From Octopus vulgaris (lineage: Eukaryota): 64,000 bases of DNA. Made by a program: the position numbers and the translations under genes. The first letter of the stretch is position 1. The number at the start of each line of letters is the position of its first letter. The stretch spans positions 209,870,001-209,934,000 of the forward strand of contig OX597815.1 of assembly GCA_951406725.2 (NCBI GenBank). The letters run 5' to 3'. Positions 26,874 through 39,972 of the stretch are shown in pieces. The notes under the pieces are model-generated. The model had not been told where the DNA came from. It made no database searches and was given only the letters and a program-made list of their open reading frames with translations.

Positions 26874-27272
26874 TGTGGCTGTGTGGTAAGTAGCTTGCTA
26901 ACCAACCACATGGTTCCGGGTTCAGTCCCACTGCGTGGCATCTTGGGCAAGTGCATTCTGCTATAGCCCCGGGCCGACCAATGCCTTGTGAGTGGATTTG
27001 GTAGACGGAAACTGAAAGAAGCCTGTCGTATATGTGTATATATATATATATATATGTGTGTATATGTGTTTATCCCCCTAGCATTGCTTGACAACCGATG
27101 CTGGTGTGTTTACGTCCCCGTCACTTAGCGGTTCGGCAAAAGCCACCGATAGAATAAGTACTAGGCTTACAAAGAATAAGTCCCAGGGTCGAGTTGCTCG
27201 ACTAAAAGGCGGTGCTCCAGCATGGCCGCAGTCAAATGACTGAAACAAGTAAAAGAGTAAAGAGTAAAGAGT
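26874..27272 (+). mobile_element. SINE family A
   Basis: Near-identical to the other family A copies; the first ~10 nt are missing. Confidence 0.92.
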
Positions 27273-28679
27273 ATGTCTATAACTCTTCTTCATCCAGCTC
27301 GAATTAAGTGTTTTCGCCATACGGACTCTGGTTATATTTGGGAATAGTATCTTGTGGATGATCAGTCTACCCATGAGATAACAGAGTAGCAGTAGAACTG
27401 ATTTATAGTAACGTATTTTGTCAACGTTGTTGAATGTATATCAATTTTGAACTTCTCGCCTGTACTCATGTGTACAATTTACGCACACGAATCCACAAAT
27501 ATACGTACACGCACATGCGAACCTACACACACGTGTACACTCACTCCTATATACAAATAAACTTCTTGCCTACTCCTACATTTGCCACAAGAAGTCATTA
27601 AAGCACGTAACAATAAGTTACACAATGCATGGTTTGAACCACGAACAGGTATTATCGACTGGAAATATGATTTTATTTTACCGTGTAAAAAGGTATCCAT
27701 GAAAACGCCCATGTATTGAATAAAATTAAGCATAAAGGAATATAAAAGTACGGAAAATCAATAATAAGATATACTAAAATCGAAATAGCTGTTTTTTCTA
27801 AAAATAACAACGCATTTTTACACACACACGTATGTGTCTGTGTGTCTGCGTGCCTGTAAGTATATATATATATATGTCTGTAAGTATATATATACATATA
27901 TATTTTAAGTATATATGTGTGTATGTGTATATTTGTATATCTATTTATGTATGTACATACACAGCCACTTACACACACATGTATATATATATATATAATA
28001 TATGCTACACACGTGTTCTTATAAGAAGATATTATGGTAAATTGCGAGATAGAGGTGCAAAATAAACACACCCGATTGTAAATTGTCGGAAAAGATTCCC
28101 CACAAAGCCAGAACAAACAAATAGGAGATAACAAGTATGATATAAACTTTACAAGACAATTGTATCATATCTATATCCAGTTAAACAAATAAACGTTTTT
28201 CAACGTCTATAAATGAAATGATAACACATTCTGGTCAGTTTTGGTAACACAAAAGATTGAAAACTAAATCTAGATTCTTTAATCCAATGTTGCTGGCTGC
28301 AAATGTTGCTTCAACAATGCGAAACATATATGATAATATTTTTCTGATTTGAATCATTTACATTCATATGAACAAGAGGAGGTAGTATAATATATACCCA
28401 AACACGTTTATTCAAATAAATATGCCATAAATGCGCGTCATAAGCTGCATACTGATAAACTTGTTTATGTAGTCTTTTAGTAGTTTAAATAATTGGAGCA
28501 TAGAAATAAAAAAAAATAGAACCAAGGGCTGTTCCCGGCTATAAGATCATAAAACCGTTTTCCAAGATACTGTGGCATATATATATATAATTGTAATAAT
28601 TATTACCTTTGAAGGTTATTTTTTTCCATGCTGACCACTTGATAAAATCGTTATTTTATTTTATATTTAACGATCTTAT

Positions 28680-28750
<71 letters not shown>

Positions 28751-28829
28751 CCACTACCTGGACGGGAGGATGCCGGTTACTTGCAGGATTACTTAATCTT
28801 GACGGTTTAGTGGAAGCTGGTGCAATATC

Positions 28830-28930
28830 AAATGAAGTATTTTGCTCAATAACACAACACATCTTCCGGGCAAGGAGTCGAAACTACAACCTAAATATCA
28901 TAAGTGCAACACACTTGAACCACGCACCTC
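28830..28930 (-). mobile_element. Old CORE-type SINE fragment
   Basis: AAATGAAGTATTTTGCTCAATAACACAACAC resembles the reverse complement of the CORE-like segment at 35130-35165. Confidence 0.45.
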
Positions 28931-30269
28931 CAAGTCTGTTATTGTGTTGTTCCTTTATCATTTTGTACTCCGATTTAAATAACATCTATGGGATTTTCTA
29001 TTCATGTGCTTTCGACACCAACAAACAGGAATACAATTTTTAGGGGTACCAGGTATTGTTCAGTTCATCTTGGTGCACGTGGGACCACGCCTCTTTCGTT
29101 GTCAACTGCTTTTTTATGGGGTGTTTTAAATATGACAATCATTCCGTAAATTTGTTTTATTATTGCTGAGGATGTGTTCCATGCACTCACATTTCATCTT
29201 CCGTTCATAAACTCTGCAATATTAAACAATGAAACGATTTGTGCTTCCCAGTGCATTTCGTCAATCCTTGTTTTGTTATCCTCTTTAAATACACTCCTAA
29301 CAAACTAGGACATTGTAGGTGTAGCAATAAATCCAACACATCCAACACCCACTGGAATTAATGTGCATGCCAGCATCCTACCATGAGGACCATCTCAAAC
29401 TTTTTATGCTTTCGGCAGTGATTTTCGTGCGCTTTCATCGTATGTTTTACAAGTGTAGTCATTTCAACAATCTGGATATTATTCGTCAAGTCAGAGTATG
29501 TCATAAGTCTTCTTACGTTATTTTACAACACTTAACGTGATCAAACGAGATCATGCATTGTGTTCCGTCCTCTCTCCCCGCTTCAATATTTCTCCTTCTA
29601 CTTACTTCTTCATACTTCTCCATCCACACACTTCCCCGATTTAGGCCATTTAAGGAGTTCCTCCTTACAAACTTGATGCTAACTTAAACTCTTAATCCTC
29701 TGACCGAATTTGGATCGTTAGAGACTTCTATACTTGCTTTTGAGAAGTTCAAAGTGTTTAATTCTTACTTGTACTCACCTGATAAAAATGGTTTCTTGTT
29801 GCATGATAACACTTCTGCTTGTCAATAAAAAGCACGCCTGCAGCAGCTGTAGTGAACCACAATCTAGCTGTCTTCATTTATTTATATATATGTACGTAGG
29901 TATAAATATATATGTCTGTATAAATGGTTTTAAGTATTTAGTTTTTTCAGTGCCTTGAGATTTGTGACATATCAAGTCACAAATGATGACCTAAATGAAT
30001 CCTGGTCTTTTGATCATATAAATACTTTGATAGGTACGGTGACAAAAATGAAATGTTTTACCGAGACGAATTTTGTACAAAAAAAGTAGATTTGATAAAA
30101 TCTGTGATTGATATACGAAAAAATATACAGAGTGGGTCAAACGTCAAGCATAAAATAAAATCAATATGCTCCGCAATTGTTAAAGACATACTTCCATTTT
30201 ACAAAAACTGCTTAAAATAACGAAAATTCATGGTGAATACACACGTACTCGAACATGATGAACAAAATG

Positions 30270-30333
30270 GACAAGAACAAGAACAACAACAACAACAACA
30301 ACAATAATAATGATGATGATGATAATAATAATG

Positions 30334-30384
<51 letters not shown>
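30270..30384. repeat. (AAC)n/(GAT)n/(AAT)n microsatellite
   Basis: Directly visible. Confidence 0.95.
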
Positions 30385-30489
30385 TTTTAAAAAAATATTT
30401 TTCTTTTTTTTTAAATTTATTTATTAGACATTCACTAGTACACCCCCCCCAAATATATGGAACACTAGGCATAACAACAACGTGAACTT

Positions 30490-30570
30490 TCAACCTGTTG
30501 TCTCTTGAGGTCTCTGGGTGAGACTTGGGGCGAACTTGTACAAACATAAAGCAAAAGTCAAACATAGAAT
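30490..30570 (+). mobile_element. R4/Dong-type 3'UTR end followed by (AAT)n
   Basis: TGAGGTCTCTGGGTGAGACTTG...TAGAATAATAAT parallels TGAGGTCTTTGTTGTGACTTG...TAGAATAATAAT of the 33042 element. Confidence 0.5.
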
Positions 30571-31061
30571 AATAATAATAATAATAATGGATTCACAGCA
30601 AGACACAGGGAAATCAAAACCTAAACGAAGTTAAAACCCAGGAAAGAGAATAGAAATGATCTGACTGGCAGGAGAAGGTGTTGCATGAGAGATTCCCAAT
30701 GATAGTTGCAGCAAATAGTAGAACGTAGGAGTGAGACATGGCTGAAGAAAAGCTGAAGAAGGAGAGAGAAGGTTTGATGTGTATTTGTGGGGTAATGGAT
30801 AATCTCCATCTATAAGTGACCAGAAATATTAACCTATATTAAAGGTCACTTCAAGAGAATAAGGGGGTGTAAATCAGATAATTTTTCTGTGTTTATATTT
30901 TCTTTTCCTTATTTCTGGTCTAATACTAGGTGCGTAAGCTATTTCCTATTTAAATTCACTAGCTAGATCGTCGTGCCTCTATAAATAGCGAAATATACAA
31001 CAGGGAAAGCTTTTCCTGACGTGTTAAGCAGGAATAGCCCAATGAGATCGCATATGTGTAA

Positions 31062-31425
31062 TCTCCATATATATAAACGGCAAAATGTTTGTGTGTGTGT
31101 CCCTTATACAAATCCACAATTTTTCAGTTAGAGGGCTCACACTTTCTATGGTTATTCACAACTGTCGAAGGATGGTCGGGCACATCCTTACATTTCCCCA
31201 GTCACCCAGCAAAACCATTAAAAAATCAGCAGAAGTGACGTTTTTGTGAATTTTCTATCCAAAACCCAATCAAAATGCCCAAAACTTGATAGCCCAATTG
31301 AATGCCAGCTAGCTGTATGTGATTGGTCGGAGATTTGGACAGTAATCGCGTGTATGTGCGCACGCACGCAGCTGTATATGCATGCACTAGCACTATGACC
31401 CGGCGTTGACGGGTCATAGTGCTAG
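31062..31425 (+). mobile_element. Non-autonomous Helitron
   Basis: A|TCTCCATATATATAAA 5' end, subterminal hairpin, CTAG|T 3' end and no TSD. Confidence 0.8.
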
Positions 31426-31522
31426 TATAAATATATATATATTTACTCGTAAACTTCATCACATACAACATGGACAAAATTTCTTCTTAAGAAAAACTAT
31501 ATATTCAAATAAGTAAAAGATA

Positions 31523-31557
31523 ATATCATGAATAGCAATAGCGAAACCGGTCGATAT
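31523..31557 (+). ncRNA. Minimal hammerhead motif with A3-U8 core variant
   Basis: ATATC-ATGAATA-GC-AATA-GC-GAAA-CCGG-TC-GATAT: 5-bp stem I, 2-bp stem II, palindromic stem III (ACCGGT) and a GUC site. Confidence 0.6.
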
Positions 31558-31612
31558 ATTAAAAATTATATTAAAACTATGTAAGTGTGCGTATTTTCCT
31601 TTTTTAATTTCT

Positions 31613-31672
<60 letters not shown>

Positions 31673-31778
31673 TATATACGTATGTATATATATATATACA
31701 TATATGTATGTATGTATTTATATATAAACATATGTATATATATATATGTATATATATATATGTATATGTATATGTATA

Positions 31779-31825
<47 letters not shown>

Positions 31826-31939
31826 ATAGATGTATGTATATATATATGCATATATATATATATTATATGTATGTATATATATATAGATATTTATGTATAG
31901 ATGTGTATATATATATATAACACTATATATATGTATATG

Positions 31940-31990
<51 letters not shown>

Positions 31991-32010
31991 GTATGCATGT
32001 ATGTATACAC
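31613..32010. repeat. (AT)n/(ATGT)n-rich microsatellite block
   Basis: Directly visible. Confidence 0.95.
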
Positions 32011-32455
32011 CCCACACAGGAAATACGCTACCGGTACACATATAGATATACTTACGATAACAGAAATTCACGTCAAAATTTTATCTCCCAGTTAATTGGT
32101 ATATGGAACTATCGATTATCTCTTCGGGAGTGAATGGTATTTCACTTTCGTGTAACAATTGTCGATATCGAAATGATAATTATGAATAATTTGAGGAGAA
32201 AGAGGTTCGGCGACTACGACAAGGAAGTATTATTGACAATGATATCCATGATGCTGTTCACAATGAAGATAACAACGATGGTGATAATTTCTTTGATAAT
32301 ATATTATGATGGTGATAATAATGTAGGTGAGTTTGATGAGAACGATGATTATTATTAATTTGTCATTATTATTATTATTATGATGGTTTTATTACTCTTA
32401 TAATTATTATTGTTTTTGTGGTTGTTATTATTATTACTATGATTATTTAATTTTA

Positions 32456-32919
32456 CCTCAGGTTTTGTTGGAACTACTGGAGTCTTGCATGTGTAGCTGG
32501 CTACGGTACCATGCTATCTGTTCTTTTCAGCTATCTAATACTTGCCTGATTATTCTCGCCGTGCCAAGGAGGCAAATCTTTTGTAACAGTCCTACTTGGC
32601 ACTCTATTCTAAGTTCTTTTATATTCCTCTAGATCCCTTCTGATACTGTCCCCAAGGACCCAACACTAACTGGCACTATTTTCACTTTCCTCATTTTTCA
32701 TAGCAAAGCTATTTCGGAGGGTTATATTTATCTATTTATCGCCTTCCTCTTTGACTGTCCGAGGGTCAAAGGGGCATGCAACATCAGCACTTATGGTAAT
32801 GTTGTCCACCACCACTAGATCCAGTCTGTTATGCTCGAGCACCTGATCTGTTAGGATGGGGTAATCCCACAGGATTTTGCTAGTATCCGACTCTGCCATT
32901 TTGCTTATTATCGCCACCA
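32456..32919 (-). mobile_element. Degenerate R4/Dong-type REL endonuclease 3' fragment
   Basis: KILWDYPILTDQVLEHNRLDLVVVD...DVACPFD; downstream ...LLQKICLLGTARIIRQVL. ATT-rich tracts on both sides. Confidence 0.8.
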
Positions 32920-32945
32920 TATTATTATTATCATTATTATTATTA

Positions 32946-32999
<54 letters not shown>

Positions 33000-33041
33000 T
33001 TATCTTGTTTTAATATACTTGTTATTACAATTATTATTATT

Positions 33042-33565
33042 CTACGAAACTGAGTGCAGGTTAAAATGCACCGGAGACCTTAGTCATCTGTCAAGTCACA
33101 ACAAAGACCTCACGCAGATAATACTTTCCTTGAGATGTTCGCTGTACCCAATAAGTCTGTTTTTTGTAAGACATCAATCTTGCATGGGATTTCCAGATGC
33201 CTTAAGAAGTCTTGAAGTTTCAATGGGATTGAGTCCAACGCTCCCATCACCACTGGTCTCTCTTTTACATTACCCTCTCGCATTCCATACAGTCTTGATT
33301 TTCCGCTTTCAATTCGAAGTGCCAAGAAAGTATATGTCTTTGCCGCACATATTCTAGTGAGTATCTTCTAGATTATGTCTAGGTATACTATCGGGCGGTA
33401 GTTTCTCACAATATTTCCCTTCCTTCTATCTTTCATTGTAAGTGTTGTCCTCCTAGTCACCATCCACGCGGGAACTGTGCCTTTCTGGACACACTCATTC
33501 AATTGGGCTGCTAATCTTTCATGCAGCGAATAACAAACATGGCGGACATTTATAAGCCTTAAAGG
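33042..33565 (-). mobile_element. Internally deleted R4/Dong-type element (RT N-terminal motif joined to the C-terminus)
   Basis: PAWMVTRRTTLTMKD...NYRPI (RT start) lies within ~50 bp of ...PVVMGAL...LQKTDLLGTANISRKVL* (C-terminus). The 3' end abuts (AAT)n. Confidence 0.8.
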
Positions 33566-35057
33566 AAGCCCAATGATAGAACTAGTTATATTAATGTAGA
33601 TTCCTGCCATCCACCTATAATGTAAAAAAATTTAGTTAAAATCATTAGAAAGAGAATTTCTAGCCTCTCCTCCGATAAGGACATGCTTAATAGCGTTACC
33701 CCAGTATATAATAAGGCTCTAAAAGATTGTGATTTTAGCGAGGAAATAACCTACACACCTGCCACCAACTGTTTCCGTACAATTCATTCTATAGTAGATT
33801 CAGCATGAAAATTTATGGAATATGAGTTATAGAAAATATCGGGGTTGATCTTCATAAGACTAATTAGTAAGTTGTGTGTTTTCGTACTGAGTTGCGAACA
33901 TGTCTTCTGCGTTGTTTATAAAGCGTGATAAGATGACGATGAATACGAAAATAAGGAACAACAACAACGATATTACCAGCAGTAACAACAGCGGTAGCAA
34001 CCTTCTTGACTAAGTTGCGTAGCTTCGAGATTAGGTCGATCATTGAGAAGTCACATCTCCCTTAAGAGGACAAGATTACAATGTCATTGGGAAAAATCGT
34101 AAGAGAGATTATTCAAGCCTCTTCAACTAGCAGGAGACCTAAGAGTAAAATAAGAATAAGTCGGTTGGATGGAACTAGAGTGTCAGCTGGTCATGCGTGG
34201 GAAACCAACCGGAAAATCTGGTGACCCTATGAATGAGCTGCATGAGAACTCTACAATCACGGTTCTTCTGGGAATAGTGGACGGATGGTTGAAAGGATAA
34301 CAATACTACCATCAAAAATAAAAGCAATCAGAGTGGTACAAGCCTCACTGAAAAGGTTTTAATAATAGACTAGTCAGTAGTAAATCTGAAATATAAGTTG
34401 AGGCGAATTTAGAGATATTACGAGACATCAATAATGAAAACACCAATAATAATAACAATAACAATAATAATAATGATTTCTTTTATTTTCTCATTTGATA
34501 AATAAATATCAGAAGCCATTATTATTGTTTTTGTTCGTACTACAAGGAATAAAAACAGCAAGAAGCAAACGCTAGAAATAATAATAAAAATGGTAATAGT
34601 GATGATGATAATTGACGGCAGAGGTATGTTGATTAGAGAGAAGCAAATAAACGGTAGTGCCAAAACCCTATGATTAGGAGTGTAGTGGTGTGGTCGGCGT
34701 ACGGAAAAGTTACTAGCAATAAAACTCAAGAGTAAGCTGTTCAGAGATGTAATTGCGATATTGATGGAGACGCCAATAATGACGCTGGTAAGAAACTTGT
34801 CGCAGACGACAGCTGTTTGATATCCATTCAACTGGAGCCTGAGATAAGGGAATGACAAAGTGTTTATAGACATTAAAATATACATCAGTGGCCCTCGACG
34901 CCGAAATGTTATGAAAAGGTGGGTAAATACGATACAGAATTCGTGGCAACGAGTGAAGTAAAATATCAAGATTTTCAATATAATTACATTCCTTTTGAAA
35001 TTATATTTTAATTTGATTAAGTATGAAGAAAAATGGCTTAATTATTAGATACTTGAA

Positions 35058-35397
35058 GGCGCATGGCTCAGTGGTTAGAGCGTCGAGCTTACGATCGTGA
35101 GGTTGTGAGCTCGAATCCCGGACCGGGCTGCGTGTTGTGTTCTTGAGCAAGACACTTTATTTCACGTTGCTCCAGTTCACTCAGCTGTAGAAATGAGTTG
35201 CGACGTCACAGGTGCCAAGCTGTATCGACCTTTGTCTTTCCCTTGGATAACACTGGTGGCGTGAAGAGGGGAGGCTGGTATGCATGGGCGACTGCTGGTC
35301 TTCCATAAAACAACCTTGCCCAGACTTGTGCCTCAGAGGGTAACTCTCTAGGTGCAAACCCATGGTCACTCATGACCGAAGGGGGTCTTTACCCTTT
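35058..35397 (+). mobile_element. tRNA-derived CORE-type SINE (family D)
   Basis: Box A TGGCTCAGTGG, box B GCTCGAATCC, CORE-like TTCTTGAGCAAGACACTT and a short TTTACC tail. Confidence 0.85.
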
Positions 35398-35664
35398 ATT
35401 AAATTTAGTTAATTAAAACAGCAGAATCTAAGCGGTATGGTTGGGATTAAATAATGGTACCACTTAAATGATTGAAAAGTGGGAAGAAAATGTAGGTGGG
35501 TAGTGGACGAAATTGGGAGTACGCAAGTTAGCTGAAAGCGTTAACCGGAGAAGCAAGTGTACCGAAAGAATAGCTTCACGACTTCTGTGTACCAATGGAA
35601 CACAAGCAAATGTAAGAAAGATGTGTTTCAAATATGCAATTAAGAAAACTATAAACAGAGTATT

Positions 35665-35898
35665 CAGGGCGGCGAGCAGGCAGAAACGTTAGCGCGCCGG
35701 GTGAAACGCGTAGCCGTATTCCGTCTGTCGTTACGTTCCGAGTTCAAATTCCGCCGAGGTCGACTTTGCATTTCATCCTTTCGGGGTCAATAAATTGAGT
35801 ACCAGTTACGCACTGCGGTCGATATAATCGACTTAATCCATTTGTCTGTCCTTGTTTGTCCCCTCTGCGTTTAGCCCCTTGTGGGTAGTAAAGAAATA
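35665..35898 (+). mobile_element. SINE family B, tail type 1, with ~15-bp TSD
   Basis: TATAAACAGAGTATT (35650-35664) vs TATAAACCGAGTATT (35899-35913); tail GCCCCTTGTGGGTAGTAAAGAAA. Confidence 0.9.
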
Positions 35899-36402
35899 TA
35901 TAAACCGAGTATTTGATATTCCATATAATCGGGAATTAATAATGTGAAGGATAAGTAGCCAAATTGGACCCGAAATGAATTTTATAAACTCAACTCACAA
36001 AAGGGTGTCAGAGATTAGCGGTGAAGAAAACCAACATCTAGAGTGAATATCAAAAGAAAAAAGAATAAGAAATAGTATTAAAATAAGAAAGTACTTGAGC
36101 GAAATCATCCAGGCGAATGAATAATCCGTGCATGAATAATGGAAACGATTCCTTACATTTGAAGGTTACCTGTTGGTGATAGAATTTAAAAGTGTCTGCG
36201 ACTTTTTCTTAAGAGTAAAATGCATAAAAAGGATCATCAGTAATGAAGAGCACATTGAACAGACCTTCAAGTAAAAAATATTGGATTACTTACTGGTATT
36301 GGAGGGATCAATATGCGTTCTGATGCATCTCGGACAAACATATAGAAAAAAAAATGATATGAGCTATAGAAGGCAGAATAACATAAAAACCATAATAATA
36401 TA

Positions 36403-36716
36403 GGGGAGGCGCAATGGCCCAGTGGTTAGGGCAGCGGACTCGCGGTCAGATGATCGCGGTTTCGATTCCCAGACCGGGCGTTGTGCGTGTTCATTGAGTG
36501 AAAACACCTAAAAGCTCCACGAGGCTCCGGCCGCGGGTGATGGCGACCCCTGTTTTACTCTTTCGCCACAACTTTCTCTCACTCTTTCTTTCTGTTTCCT
36601 GAGTAACGCTGCGATGGACTGGCGTCCCGTCCAGCTGGGGGGAACACATACGCCACAGAAACCGGGAAACCGGGCCCATGAGCCTGGTTAGGCTTGAAAA
36701 GGGCGCATAAAAAATG
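36403..36716 (+). mobile_element. SINE family C (tRNA-Arg-like head), V-domain-like 3' part, 11-bp TSD
   Basis: Boxes TGGCCCAGTGG and GTTTCGATTCCC; V-like CTGCGATGGACTGGCGTCCCGTCCAG; ATAATAATATA at 36392-36402 and 36717-36727. Confidence 0.85.
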
Positions 36717-38571
36717 ATAATAATATAACCTAACATATTAATAGGTATGTATTACGTAGGATATCGGAAGTAAGAATATACCCTATGTTGTTGTGACACC
36801 TCGGATCTAAAGTTAAAAACAATTACGAAAAATGGAAAATATGTATAACGATAAATATGAAAACAACACTGGTGCCCCAATGTAAATTTAAAATCGAAAT
36901 AACAAAATTCTGCAATATTTTACAAATATCAGCATATACAGATGCGTTGAAAACAGAAATACGAAACAAATATTAAGATATGCACAAATATCAAAATTTA
37001 AATGAATATCAAAATATTAACAGTAGTAAAAAATATAAACAATGCTATATAGTTTGAGAAAACAAGAAACGTGAGAAAAATACCAGAGAAATATTAGAAC
37101 GAAATTAGAAAAAAATGTATTAAAAAATATCGGAATAATATCAAGTCACAGTATGCTAGGTGTAAACCTAACGCGTATCTTTCGTGCACGAGCTTTTTGA
37201 TAGAACCTATTTGTTGTCAATGATCAAATGGTTACTGTCAGCTGTAATGTGGCACCAGAAGCGAATGCGTTTATTCCCTTTGCGTTCTAATAGATTTAGA
37301 TATTCTCTAAGAGCCTCCTTGGATGTGGTGTCCTTTAATGTTACTATTGCAATATGCATCTATGTATTTAACAATGCTGGTAACAAGTGTAACGGTGAAC
37401 TGGTTACATTGCGTATCTTAAATAACTAAATGGAATTACGATATAAATTCAGTTATTTGAGTGAAAATATTTCATGCAGAGAGAATAGAAAGAGTTTAGA
37501 AAACGGCTTCAATTTATACGTAGAGAAGGTGTAACATTCAAACTGTAAAATTATAGCTGATACAAATCTGATATTGTAATATTTATGTTTATGCAAAAAT
37601 GTGGTATATTCAATGCACTGATATTTTCGTATTATTTTGAGACGGATGGTTTGGCAACTGCATTAGAGTACCACTAAAACACAACAGGATATAGGATGGG
37701 AGTTGTATTGCTTGCTGAGTGATATAGAGTGATGTAATGATATAGATCTAATGTAGATAATGTAACAACATGTTACTAATTTTCAATTTTTCAATGTTTT
37801 AGCATCGGAAATATTTAGGCATCTGTAATATATAAGAATAATTTTAACAGCATACCTGCTATTAAATTATGGGATTTTCCAGAGTTATATAATATTAATG
37901 GATTACATCATTATAATTGAAACCGTTCATTAGAGCACATAATATATCACTTTCACTTGCACTTATTTCGGTTTTTCTGCACAGAAAGGACTAAATTATT
38001 AACTCCCTTACATATTTGCTCCCAGTACGATTTAACTTAGATAATAGGCTTTCCACTGGAAGCCAGATACTAGATAGAGCAGAAAGTAATACGTAGCGTT
38101 GCAGGTCTTTATTATGCTACCTGGAGTAGGTGTATACTCTGTTTTCTCTTGAGTACCTCAGGTATACAAAATAAAGAGGTATTCCTAGAGTTCAAAACCT
38201 TCATTTTACTAATTAATCAGAGAAGTAGAAACAACACATTAAACATTTCAGTAATTAAAGGACTTGTGAAATTCAACAAGTTGATAAATAATCTCTATGA
38301 AGTTGATGCCCAAACAGAAAAGATGATTAGATGGGTCTTGGCATTTCATCAATATTAAATGTCAACAAAAACAAACATATACAAATAAAGGGGGAACTGG
38401 TTTAACAAGTAATAGTAGAAGAGAAAGAAAGATGAATCAGAGGATCGGTGACCCAATGGTTTTAACATTTTGAGGAATGAAATTTCGTCAGTCATCAGAA
38501 TCGCATTATTCTGGATGTGATCAAGAACAATTGAGAGAATATCAGTAGTGCCACCTACGAAATGCAAATAA

Positions 38572-38871
38572 TCTTTATATATAAAAGTGAGGTTGTGTGC
38601 TGTTTGTCTCCTACGATTTAGATTCCTAACTACTCCCACATTTTGCGGTGCAGTTTAACCAAAACCGGGTATCATATAGTCGTGATTCATATCGAGCCCT
38701 TCTGGGTATTAGCGCGCGTCTACGATGAGGCAACGATTTAAAAAAAAAATTACTATCATTTCTTTTCCATTTTTAATGCATTTTTTGGCTATATTTTGGC
38801 TATAACTCTCTAAAAATGCTTATATAGTTATTTCCCTCACAAACCCGAGCAACGCCGGGCGATACTGCTAG
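38572..38871 (+). mobile_element. Non-autonomous Helitron
   Basis: A|TCTTTATATATAAA start, hairpin CCCGAGCAACGCCGGG (38844-38859) and CTAG|T end. Confidence 0.85.
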
Positions 38872-39710
38872 TGAAATATAGATATTATTTGAGTCCCCAA
38901 CAGGTTGTCTTCGAGAATCAAGTCTAATGAGAAATGGAATGTATCCAAGAAGTAAATAGTGAAATCTGAATTCTTCGTTTTCCTATGTTCATCAACATAT
39001 AATTTACTCTCATAAATTCAACTTGTGATACTTCACATTTTTGGCAATTATTGCATCTAAATTCCATATGCTATTACGACTATCTTACAGTCCTCGTCTT
39101 CCAATTTCCTGAATCATTAATCCCTTGATAGCTACCCCGAAGAAAATTGTGTTTCTCGTGTTAGACTCTAGATAATTTATTTACTTTCTCGATATTGAAA
39201 ATTTTCTTTCTTTAATTACAAATTTATTCCGCTTAGCAAATAATTCTCTCTGGCTATGTTTTTTGTCAACACGACGTGGATGGGGTGTGGGGCATCTGCT
39301 ACCTTATCGATTTTATCTTAAGCAATATCTGTCTCATTCACGAATCTACTTCCCTACACACACTGTTATCGTCATTTTAAAAAATCACTTGTCATAAGAT
39401 ACTTTGAAATTTTGTTTATTACCGTTCAATACCAATGACTTTTATTAAAAATATACTATTGATTTCAAATTTAATTCATTTACAATTTTGAAATATTCAA
39501 TAAGTATATTAAGGTGTACATTATGAGGTTATGCGTTAAATGTACCAGAGTTGATTTTAAAATAGTGAGCTTTAGTTCCCACACAATTCCAATCTTATGA
39601 ACTTAGTAAAGTCATTTTTGTTGCCACCTATGTTTTCATTTTTGTTGAACTTGAATATAAATTGTTTAAAATGTTTTTATTTTTAAATATGTTACATAAT
39701 ATCTTCAATG

Positions 39711-39764
<54 letters not shown>

Positions 39765-39902
39765 GGCATATAATATAAATAAATATTTTCAAAGTGGAAA
39801 AATTTACAGATTTTTTTCTCTTACGAGGTTTTTCACGCTAACTACTGATAATTTCTTATAAAGATTTTATCCTTAATTTAAAATAAATAAATAAATAAAT
39901 AA

Positions 39903-39972
<70 letters not shown>

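Noticed and set aside
34418-34978. 186-aa and similar hydrophobic ORFs (also 58960-59556, 57596-58063)
   Set aside because: They are antisense to A-rich or low-complexity TE sequence, with no recognisable domain.
33830-36350. Possible ancient LTR (gag/RT) remnant around the SINEs
   Set aside because: Only vague fragments (e.g. NEEHIEQ); no diagnostic motif or LTR pair that I can support.
35058-36480. tRNA-like sequences at SINE heads
   Set aside because: There is no complete acceptor stem, and they continue into SINE bodies; not tRNA genes.
38478-38500. Minus-strand CTGATGA-CTGAC-GAAA
   Set aside because: No stem II, stem III or stem I pairing; a chance match to the hammerhead core.
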